A stretch of DNA of 64,000 nucleotides from Candidatus Saccharimonadales bacterium (GTDB taxonomy: Bacteria > Patescibacteriota > Saccharimonadia > Saccharimonadales > SZUA-47). Both the position numbers and the translations under genes were made by a program. The stretch lies in the NCBI GenBank assembly GCA_041737385.1, contig JBGSRU010000002.1, positions 56,761 to 120,760 on the forward strand. The letters run 5' to 3'. Shown piece after piece: positions 56,861 through 64,000 of this stretch (positions are counted from its first letter, which is position 1; every line of letters starts with the position of its first letter). The notes under the pieces are model-generated. The model worked only from the letters and a program-made list of their open reading frames with translations. It searched no databases and was not told the origin of the DNA.

Positions 56861-59596
56861 GTGAAAATGGCAAAAAGAGAGAAAGACAATGTATTGGTAA
56901 GATTTAGTAGTTGGTTTTTTGTAAACTGGCGCTTCACGTTGCTGCTTTGGGTGTTTATCCTCGGAAGCGGCGCAGCTATCTATACAAATGTAATAAAACG
57001 AGAAGGTTTTCCACCGATTCAGTTTCCGCTGAGTGTTGTCAGTGGCACGTACTTCGTCGACGATGCTTCAAAAGTAGACAATGACGTTTCGCTACCGCTT
57101 TCAAAATTATTCACAAGTCTCGATAGTGTTGATAAAGTGCAGGCTACAGCTGGAGATAACTTTTTTAGCGCTGTTGTGCAGTTCAAAACTGATGTCATCC
57201 CATCTGAAGGGACGAGGCAGCTTCAAGATGCAGTCGCAAATGCAGAAGGTTTTCCCGCGCAAGCATCGGTAGAGTATACCACCATTGATCCTGCTGGATT
57301 TCTGAACAAATACGACATGTTGTTGTCGGTGTACAGTACTGAGCCAACGACTGTTGCTAAGCTTGAGGAAGCAGCAAGGTATGTATCAGATAAACTTATT
57401 GAGAATGCAAATATTACTTTAGCTGAACCTCAAAATTTGCTTCAAACTGGAGTCAATCCGCAAACTAACCAAGAAGAAACTCGCCAAACAGCATTTAGTC
57501 GAATAGGGCTTGTCCAAGAAGACGGCGTAGAATTTTACCAATCGCTTGTAGTTGGACTCGATAGAAACGCTGACAATCTAGATATACTTGAATTTTCTGA
57601 ACTCGTATCTGAAAAAATAACTGAGCTTGATCTATCCGAATTCGGTGAGTCATTTGAAGTCACAGTTGGGGCAGACTATGCAGAATCCATAACAACCCAG
57701 ATATCATCGCTTCAGAGTAACTTGTTCACAGGATTGCTCGCTGTTGCCGTCGTAAGTTTACTGTTAATTACATGGCGCGCCTCTATTATTACCGGACTTT
57801 TTATGATTACGGTAATGGCGGTTACTATCGCTGTATTGTATCTACTAGGCTATACGCTCAATACTATTACACTATTTGCACTAGTACTTTCACTCGGACT
57901 ATTTGTCGATGATGCAACTATAGTTGTCGAAGCGCTTGACGCAAATAGAACCAAAAAGAAAAAACCATTAGAGGTAGTTCGTAATGCGATTAAACGTGTT
58001 GGTAGTGCAAGTTTTGCTGGTACCTTCACGACAGTACTCGTGTTCCTTCCGCTCGCATTCATCACAGGAATACTTGGCGAGTTTATACGACTTATGCCGA
58101 TTACAATTATTACGGCACTACTAACCTCACTAGTTTTGTCGCTAACAGTTATTCCACTCTTGGCGAAGTTTATTTTGTTAAATCACGTGCAAGAAAGTTG
58201 GTTTACTCGAATAAATCCTGTGTCGAAACTCGAAAAACATGTCGGTACTTTTGTCGGTTCTCTGCCGCGATACATGAAAACAAATAAAAAAATTGGTCGT
58301 CCAATTGCAGTCGGAATGGTAGTTCTCAGCATAGTGATGGTAATGCTAGCAGGATCTTTCGCTCAGAAATTGTCGTTTAATATATTTCCGCCGAGCAAAG
58401 ACAGTGACCAGATTGGAATTCAGATAACTTATCCTAACGGTTTTACACTCTCAGAAGCTGAAGCAGTAGTGGATACCGTAAACACCATCATTAATGATCA
58501 GGTTGGTGATTTAACTAGGAGAGTAACATATGGCAGCTTTAATCAACCAAACGAACGCAGTGCAGACGCGCTCGTCGAACTTGTACCATTTAACACTAGA
58601 GACGTTAAATCTCCTGAATTAATGGAGCGGTTGCAAAACGGATTAAACGATGGATTGCCCGAAGGTGTCTCTACACGTGTCATTCAATATGATGCAGGAC
58701 CGCCGGCATCAGAGTTTCCGCTCATGATACAAATCTATACTGAGGACGAGCAAAAGGCGTCAAATCTCGCCAGTGAAATAGTAACCTATATTGATGGCGC
58801 AGAACTGACAAGAACTAATGGAACTACCGCGACTATTGACCGCGCCAAGCTTCCAAACCCTGTAGCTATTTCTCGGGTAGACGATAAGAGAGTCTTTGAA
58901 GTTCAAGGTTCATTTGACGCAGACGATACTTCAGCACTTGTTATAGCTGCAGAGGAGTATGTTAAAGAAAAGTTCACTCCTGAATATCTGAATGAGCGCG
59001 GCTTCGCTGAGTCTGATCTAGGATTTGATTTTGGTCAAGAGTCTGAAAACGAAGAATCGTTCAGCGCACTAGGAGTAATTTTCCCAATAGCGCTTCTCGC
59101 GATGTACATACTGCTTGCACTCCAATTTAGATCTGCACTTCAGCCACTACTGATATTTATGGCGATTCCGTTTAGTTTGTTCGGCGTATTCGGTGGATTG
59201 TACCTCACTAATAACTCACTAAGTTTCTTTGCGATGATTGGACTTATAGGACTTATCGGTATTGCAGTCAACAACACAATCTTGCTAACTGATTATGCGA
59301 ACCAAGAACGTAGAGACGGCGAAGACGCAGTTGACGCGATTGCGAACGCAGCAACAAAGCGTTTCAGGCCACTTGTAACAACGACGCTTACTACAGTTGT
59401 TGCGTTGTTGCCGCTTGCGCTCAGCGATCCGTTCTGGGAAGCATTAGCTTTCACAATAATTTTTGGACTGCTTTCAAGTACATTCTTAGTACTACTATCG
59501 TTTCCGTATTACTATCTTGCAGCAGAGTGGCTACGAACCAAGTCCGCCAAACTTGCAAAAAATGTTGTACGAAAAGCTACTTCATCACGTTCATAA
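56861..59596 (+). CDS. RND-superfamily efflux transporter (AcrB/MMPL-like), 911 aa
   Basis: Two sets of six TM helices separated by large periplasmic loops. Confidence 0.7.
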   Translation: MKMAKREKDNVLVRFSSWFFVNWRFTLLLWVFILGSGAAIYTNVIKREGFPPIQFPLSVVSGTYFVDDASKVDNDVSLPLSKLFTSLDSVDKVQATAGDNFFSAVVQFKTDVIPSEGTRQLQDAVANAEGFPAQASVEYTTIDPAGFLNKYDMLLSVYSTEPTTVAKLEEAARYVSDKLIENANITLAEPQNLLQTGVNPQTNQEETRQTAFSRIGLVQEDGVEFYQSLVVGLDRNADNLDILEFSELVSEKITELDLSEFGESFEVTVGADYAESITTQISSLQSNLFTGLLAVAVVSLLLITWRASIITGLFMITVMAVTIAVLYLLGYTLNTITLFALVLSLGLFVDDATIVVEALDANRTKKKKPLEVVRNAIKRVGSASFAGTFTTVLVFLPLAFITGILGEFIRLMPITIITALLTSLVLSLTVIPLLAKFILLNHVQESWFTRINPVSKLEKHVGTFVGSLPRYMKTNKKIGRPIAVGMVVLSIVMVMLAGSFAQKLSFNIFPPSKDSDQIGIQITYPNGFTLSEAEAVVDTVNTIINDQVGDLTRRVTYGSFNQPNERSADALVELVPFNTRDVKSPELMERLQNGLNDGLPEGVSTRVIQYDAGPPASEFPLMIQIYTEDEQKASNLASEIVTYIDGAELTRTNGTTATIDRAKLPNPVAISRVDDKRVFEVQGSFDADDTSALVIAAEEYVKEKFTPEYLNERGFAESDLGFDFGQESENEESFSALGVIFPIALLAMYILLALQFRSALQPLLIFMAIPFSLFGVFGGLYLTNNSLSFFAMIGLIGLIGIAVNNTILLTDYANQERRDGEDAVDAIANAATKRFRPLVTTTLTTVVALLPLALSDPFWEALAFTIIFGLLSSTFLVLLSFPYYYLAAEWLRTKSAKLAKNVVRKATSSRS

Positions 59597-59795
59597 TAGC
59601 CAGAGTTCATATCCTGCTTAGATAAGTTATCAACACTTTAAATAATGCCGACAACTGATAATAGTTGAGGGTAGCTTTGTTCGATAAAAATACAACAATA
59701 ACAGTCTTGGCTGAGCAAGCGTTGCAAGCTATACTTATTTGTAAGTAGGCGCAACTTACAATCAAATAAACACAGCGCGTGAGGGGTAACAATTT

Positions 59796-60404
59796 ATGGC
59801 AGCAAGTAACGGCCAACGAGTGGCAGCTTTTTTCTTGGCAGCACTGTTTTTATTATCAACTGTAGGAGCAACAGGATATGTGTTGTGGCAGATTAACCAA
59901 GATGAAGGGGTACTCGTGAACGAAACACCAGAAGAAAAAGCAGCTGCAGCAGCACTTGCAGCGCAACAGGCACAGCAGGACGCATCTAGCGACGCTGATC
60001 AATGTGGACAGGGAACATACGCAGCTGTAGAGCCACGTCCAACACCAACAGTAACGACAGCTGACGGTGCAGTAATAGAACTACAAACAATCGATGTCAC
60101 TGTTGGAGACGGCGAAGAAGTACAACCCGGAGACTGCGTTGCAGCTCTTTACTACGGCACGCTTGCAACAACCGGCGAGATGTTCGACGGTAACTATGAT
60201 TCGGGCTCACCTATTGAGTTTTCTCTTAACGGCGTTATACCTGGCTGGACAGAAGGCATCCCCGGCATGAAAGTCGGTGGCACCCGTCGTCTGGTTATCC
60301 CAGCAGCACAGGCTTATGGCGAGCAGTCTCCGAGTGAGCAAATACCGGCTAATTCTGATCTGATCTTTGAGGTTCAGATAGTAAACACAAAAAGAGGTGT
60401 ATAA
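59796..60404 (+). CDS. FKBP-type peptidyl-prolyl cis-trans isomerase, membrane anchored
   Basis: N-terminal TM helix, an Ala/Gln-rich linker, and a C-terminal FKBP domain (GVIPGWTEGIPGMKVGGTRRLVIP...LIFEVQIV). Confidence 0.85.
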   Translation: MAASNGQRVAAFFLAALFLLSTVGATGYVLWQINQDEGVLVNETPEEKAAAAALAAQQAQQDASSDADQCGQGTYAAVEPRPTPTVTTADGAVIELQTIDVTVGDGEEVQPGDCVAALYYGTLATTGEMFDGNYDSGSPIEFSLNGVIPGWTEGIPGMKVGGTRRLVIPAAQAYGEQSPSEQIPANSDLIFEVQIVNTKRGV

Positions 60405-60522
60405 ACAAAAAACACAACATATAGTGTCTTGATTTAGAATCAAACACCAGCTATAGTTTAAAGCACAAGAACAATAGGTTAAAAAAGTAATAAAAATCAA
60501 CAAGACTTAAGGAGTCCCTAGC

Positions 60523-60771
60523 ATGTCAAAAAAGATAACCGTCTTCACAACTAATACATGTGGCTACTGCGCCATGGTAAAAAAATACCTTGACGGTAAG
60601 GGCATCAAATATGATGTGGTGAATCTTGACGAACAACCAGAAAAACAAGCAGAACTCTACGCTAAAAGTGGAGCGCTAACAGTGCCAATTACGCTTGTCG
60701 AAAATGAAGACAGCACAGAAGAAGTCGTTATAGGCTTCAACCTGTCTCGGCTTGCTTCAGTTGTTGCATAA
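60523..60771 (+). CDS. Glutaredoxin-like protein (NrdH/YruB type, CGYC)
   Basis: ITVFTTNTCGYCAMVKKYL...VPITLV; paralog of 16389..16643. Confidence 0.8.
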   Translation: MSKKITVFTTNTCGYCAMVKKYLDGKGIKYDVVNLDEQPEKQAELYAKSGALTVPITLVENEDSTEEVVIGFNLSRLASVVA

Positions 60772-60879
60772 AACTTCCTAGACAAAAATAGCTAAAAATG
60801 CGGAAAAAGGTTGCAAAAGCGACCTTTTTCCGTATACAATGTTTAAGTAATTGCTTAAACATTAAAATAAGGAAATAGC

Positions 60880-61056
60880 ATGAAACAAGTAACTATTTAC
60901 CGCACACCTTGACGTCAGCACAGTATTGCACTAGAAAAGAAACTTCAGGAAATGGATGTAAAAACGGACAATAACCAAACGGTTCCTGTATTATTTATAG
61001 GAGACGATCACTCGGTAAATCTGAGCATAAAAACTTTACAAGAACAATTTATTTAA
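60880..61056 (+). pseudogene. Third glutaredoxin-like copy, inactivated: in-frame TGA where the CxxC motif should be
   Basis: MKQVTIYRTP-TGA(60910-60912)-RQHSIALEKKLQEM...VPVLFIGDDHSVNLSIKTLQEQFI. The fold blocks flanking the stop are retained. The AAGGAAA ribosome-binding site is intact. Confidence 0.55.
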
Positions 61057-61074
61057 TGATAAAGGAACGAACCC

Positions 61075-62028
61075 ATGAACGACGTTATTATGATAGGAGC
61101 AGGTCCAACAAGTATGGCTGCAGCTGTGTACACTTCACGTGAGGATATAGATACTGTATTGCTCGAAAAAGGGATTATTGGTGGACTTGCTGCAATCACA
61201 GACATGGTGGACAACTATCCAGGCTTTCCGGAAGGAATCGGTGGCATGGAGCTGTCTGAAAACTTGCGCAAACAAGCTGAACGTTTTGGCGCCAAGATTG
61301 AACTCGACGAGGTACTATCTGTAAAAAAAGTAGACAATCATTTTGAGCTCAAAACGGCAGTAGGTGAGTATACATCTAAAACAGTACTTATTGGCACGGG
61401 CTCTGAGTGGAAAAAGCTAGGTATCCCTGGAGAAGCAGAATTTTATGGAAAAGGCGTTCACAACTGCGCAACGTGTGATGGAGCATTTTATAGAGACCAG
61501 AGGTTGGTCGTGGTTGGTGGTGGTAACTCTAGTGCGCAAGAAGCGCTATTCTTAACAAAGTTTGCGAGTCATATTGATATTATGGTTCGAGCCGACAAAT
61601 GGAAAGCAAGCGAAGTGCTCATACATGAAATCGAGAAAAATGATAAGATTACCGTTCATTTTAATACTTCAACTGATGAAATAATTGGCGGTGAAGTAGA
61701 TGGACTTCCGAAAATACTGAAAGTAATAGGTACCAAAGATGGTGTAAAAACTGAATTCGAAACCGACGGAGTCTTTGTGTTTATTGGCCTGCGTCCAGTC
61801 ACGAACTTCTTAGAAGGTTCTGGAGTAGAGTTTGACGATTACGGATTTGTTAAGACAGACGCTAAGCTTATGACTTCAGTTGAGGGTATATTTTGTGCTG
61901 GTGACGTACGCTCAGGTGCAACAATGCAGATTGCTTCTGCAGTCGGAGAAGGCGCATCAGCGGCTCTTTCTATACGAGAATACCTCGAAAACTATGATCG
62001 AGAAAAGATAGCTAACACCAAAGCTTGA
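61075..62028 (+). CDS. trxB: Thioredoxin-disulfide reductase
   Basis: Redox centre CATCDGAFY; FAD (GAGPTSMAAAVY) and NADPH (VVGGGNSSAQEA) Rossmann motifs. Confidence 0.9.
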   Translation: MNDVIMIGAGPTSMAAAVYTSREDIDTVLLEKGIIGGLAAITDMVDNYPGFPEGIGGMELSENLRKQAERFGAKIELDEVLSVKKVDNHFELKTAVGEYTSKTVLIGTGSEWKKLGIPGEAEFYGKGVHNCATCDGAFYRDQRLVVVGGGNSSAQEALFLTKFASHIDIMVRADKWKASEVLIHEIEKNDKITVHFNTSTDEIIGGEVDGLPKILKVIGTKDGVKTEFETDGVFVFIGLRPVTNFLEGSGVEFDDYGFVKTDAKLMTSVEGIFCAGDVRSGATMQIASAVGEGASAALSIREYLENYDREKIANTKA

Positions 62029-62061
62029 CTTACTAACCAATATACTGTATAATATATTTAT

Positions 62062-62604
62062 ATGAGCTCAGAAACTGGACAAGTCGTACCCTTATCTTTA
62101 GATGTGGGATTTGATCAAAATAGATATAGAAGATGTTCTGAAAATAATTGGTTTGGAGTTGATGCTTTTACAGTCGTGACGAGCCTTTCTGTCGGCAATA
62201 CGTCCTTCACTCTTCCGTATAGCAATGGAATGACTGACTTGGATAGGCGATATCAATTCGGTATACCTGCTGATTTTGCAGAAAGACTTGAAGCTACCGT
62301 TGATGAGTCATTGCATGAGTTTGGAACTGTAGCAATGGATTGTGAGGCATTTGCTCGCATGGTAGCACCTACCGGTGCTCAAAACGTATACAGGGAAATG
62401 GGTTCAAGAGAAAAACCTCATGCAGGCTCAATTATTAGATTGATCGGTAACTCTAGTGACGCTCGAGGTGATCATTGGGTCGTAGGACTTGGCGAAAAAA
62501 GTCGTGTTCTGCACGTAGCAGGAATTTCGGGCAGGTTAATGGTGTCTAGCTTACGAAGCGTAAGAAAGATGTATCCTAGACGGACAGAATTAGAGCTACA
62601 ATAG
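62062..62604 (+). CDS. Hypothetical protein (180 aa)
   Basis: No family recognised. A conserved-looking Cys (AMDCEAF) and His (GDHWVVGLG) spacing would fit a papain-like/NlpC-type fold, but this is a guess. Confidence 0.35.
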   Translation: MSSETGQVVPLSLDVGFDQNRYRRCSENNWFGVDAFTVVTSLSVGNTSFTLPYSNGMTDLDRRYQFGIPADFAERLEATVDESLHEFGTVAMDCEAFARMVAPTGAQNVYREMGSREKPHAGSIIRLIGNSSDARGDHWVVGLGEKSRVLHVAGISGRLMVSSLRSVRKMYPRRTELELQ

Positions 62605-62619
62605 AGCCGGATTTAGTGC

Positions 62620-63039
62620 TTATTTCGCTAGTATGCCGACTTTGAAGCCAGCTAGTCTCTCAGCAGCATTTGAGCTGTGCGGTGTACCTGATCCGACTTT
62701 TTCGCCGTCTTCGGCTGTTCTTTCGTTAAACAAGCTCGTTCCGTCTGCTCCACACGCTCGCATAATGGCAGTGAGACCACCAGGGTGCCTTGGGACGTAA
62801 GGAGTGATGTCATAGACTGAGCCGTCAATAATTGTCCAACAATCATCTTCACTTGCATGCATCGCAATCTGGTCTACAGTAAATGGATCAGTCGGTCCGG
62901 TGTCTTCACTGACTGACTGAGTAGTTGCTGAGTTATTAGATGAACTGTTTGAACCAGAATCTCTAGTTGTGACTAATAGTATTCCGGCAACTAGGACGAT
63001 AACCGCTACAGTTAGTGCTGCTGATACGCTTGCTCTCAT
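62620..63039 (-). CDS. Membrane-anchored cytochrome b5-like heme-binding domain protein
   Basis: N-terminal TM helix; CWTIIDGSVYDITPYVPRHPGG (HPGG heme-binding motif). Confidence 0.75.
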   Translation of the reverse strand: MRASVSAALTVAVIVLVAGILLVTTRDSGSNSSSNNSATTQSVSEDTGPTDPFTVDQIAMHASEDDCWTIIDGSVYDITPYVPRHPGGLTAIMRACGADGTSLFNERTAEDGEKVGSGTPHSSNAAERLAGFKVGILAK

Positions 63040-63082
63040 AAAACTCCTTTTTTATCTGTTGATTATCGCACAAAGCCTGATG

Positions 63083-63684
63083 TTATTTCTGGAATAGGTT
63101 GGGATAATCAGTAAATATACCATCAATACCCCATTCTTCGAGCTCTTCAGCCCTGTCTCTACTGTTAACGGTGTATGCATATAACGAGAAGCCGCGATGC
63201 TTCATCGAGCGCACAAAGCCCGACCATAACCACTGTTGTTTTATATGTACCCGCTGTGTGCCAAGAAGTGTCGCTTCTGCGACAGCTCGTACTCCTGACC
63301 ACTTCTCTAAAACAGCGAGAGGAGTTTTGGGGAATAGATTCTTTGTCTCTTGTAGTATCTTGAACTCGAAACTTGAAAATAGAAGCTCGCCCTTATAGTT
63401 CTTTAGTAGTTCAGGGAGCTTGTCTAGGACTGCGAGTTCTTTGAGTTCAATATTCAACGGTATTTTGCCGTCGATAAGCGTCAGAGCATCTTCAAGTAAA
63501 GCATAGCTTTCAGAAGGAATAACTGGATCATGTGACAACACAACCTCTCCGTTGTGCATCCTAACATCAACTTCAATCATGTGTGGTTTACAGCCGAGAC
63601 CGCGCCGAATCGCTTTGAGGCTGTTTTCTGTCGCGAGTCCTTTTGCTCCTCGATGCGCAATGATTTCAAACTTCTTCATATCCA
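63083..63684 (-). CDS. Glycerophosphodiester phosphodiesterase
   Basis: IIAHRGAKGLATENS catalytic motif. I start at MDMKKFEII (63684). The 218-aa ORF in the track extends to 63739 and would overlap the ppa start. Confidence 0.75.
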
Positions 63685-63723
63685 TAGTGTACAATATAGA
63701 CAAAGTAAATGGAGATTTAACAG

Positions 63724-64000
63724 ATGGATTATAACGCAATTCTGCAACCCTACGCCGAGGATAAAACGATACACGTGGTTATTGAAATCCCAATGGGAAG
63801 CTCGCATAAAATAGAATTTGACCGAAAACGAAAAATCATGATTTTAGATAGAGTCGAGCCTGCAATTTTTGCTAAGCCTGTTAACTATGGTTTTATTCCT
63901 GCGACTTTAGACGATGATGGTGACGAATTGGACGTATTGTTTGTGACCGATGAACCTATGCCAACGGGAGTCGTGAGTGAAGCAGTTGTTATTGGTGTAT
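63724..64000 (+). CDS. ppa: Inorganic pyrophosphatase (family I), 3'-truncated by the window edge
   Basis: The frame is open from the ATG at 63724 to the window end: ...VNYGFIPATLDDDGDELDVLFV... matches the PPase signature. Confidence 0.8.
   Translation, partial: MDYNAILQPYAEDKTIHVVIEIPMGSSHKIEFDRKRKIMILDRVEPAIFAKPVNYGFIPATLDDDGDELDVLFVTDEPMPTGVVSEAVVIGV

Noticed and set aside
60910-60912. TGA recoding (Gly as in code 25, or Sec)
   Set aside because: TGA terminates well-defined genes throughout the window (pheS, the LmbE-like gene and others), so a code-25 reading is excluded. Sec remains only a remote alternative, noted in the findings.
1-64000. CRISPR arrays, transposases, integrases, phage or defence-system genes
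   Set aside because: I found no direct-repeat/spacer periodicity, no DDE or tyrosine-recombinase motifs, and no restriction or abortive-infection signatures. The only repeats are the riboswitch duplicate, the tRNA duplicate and the poly-Gly tract.

Overview
This 64-kb window is densely coded on both strands and comes from a compact, low-GC (roughly 40%) bacterial chromosome. The genetic code is standard: TGA is used as a stop, for example at the pheS and LmbE-like genes. I found no rRNA genes, CRISPR arrays, transposases, integrases or phage genes.

Housekeeping genes are leuS (5' partial), rpmF, nusB, rnc, rpsP with a KH-domain protein and trmD, carA/carB, pheS and pheT, metK, trxB and ppa (3' partial). 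Around them sit many transporters, including two MsbA-like ABC exporters, two MFS transporters, an RND pump, an APC permease, CorA, ZIP, VIT and TerC.

The unusual content is:
- An actinobacteria-type redox toolkit: nickel superoxide dismutase (sodN) overlapping its maturation protease (sodX); an LmbE/MshB-like deacetylase translationally coupled to a mycoredoxin-like redoxin and divergent from a short CysRS paralog (MshC-like); and three NrdH/YruB-type glutaredoxin-like genes, one a pseudogene, next to trxB.
- A fused trehalose-6-phosphate synthase/phosphatase gene.
- A SAM-riboswitch aptamer present twice: one copy gates the metK ribosome-binding site, the other is an orphan in front of a HAD-gene remnant and an SDR gene.
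- A tRNA-Gln(CUG) immediately preceded by a degenerate, insertion-bearing second copy.
- Three extra genes (a small membrane ORF, an alpha/beta hydrolase and a HIT-like gene) inserted between pheS and pheT.
- Two DUF2207 paralogs, one ending in a (GGN)n poly-Gly tract.
- Several promoters that sit directly on their ATG, suggesting leaderless mRNAs.
- A handful of ORFs I cannot assign.

All calls come from reading the sequence and recalling conserved motifs. No database searches were run.
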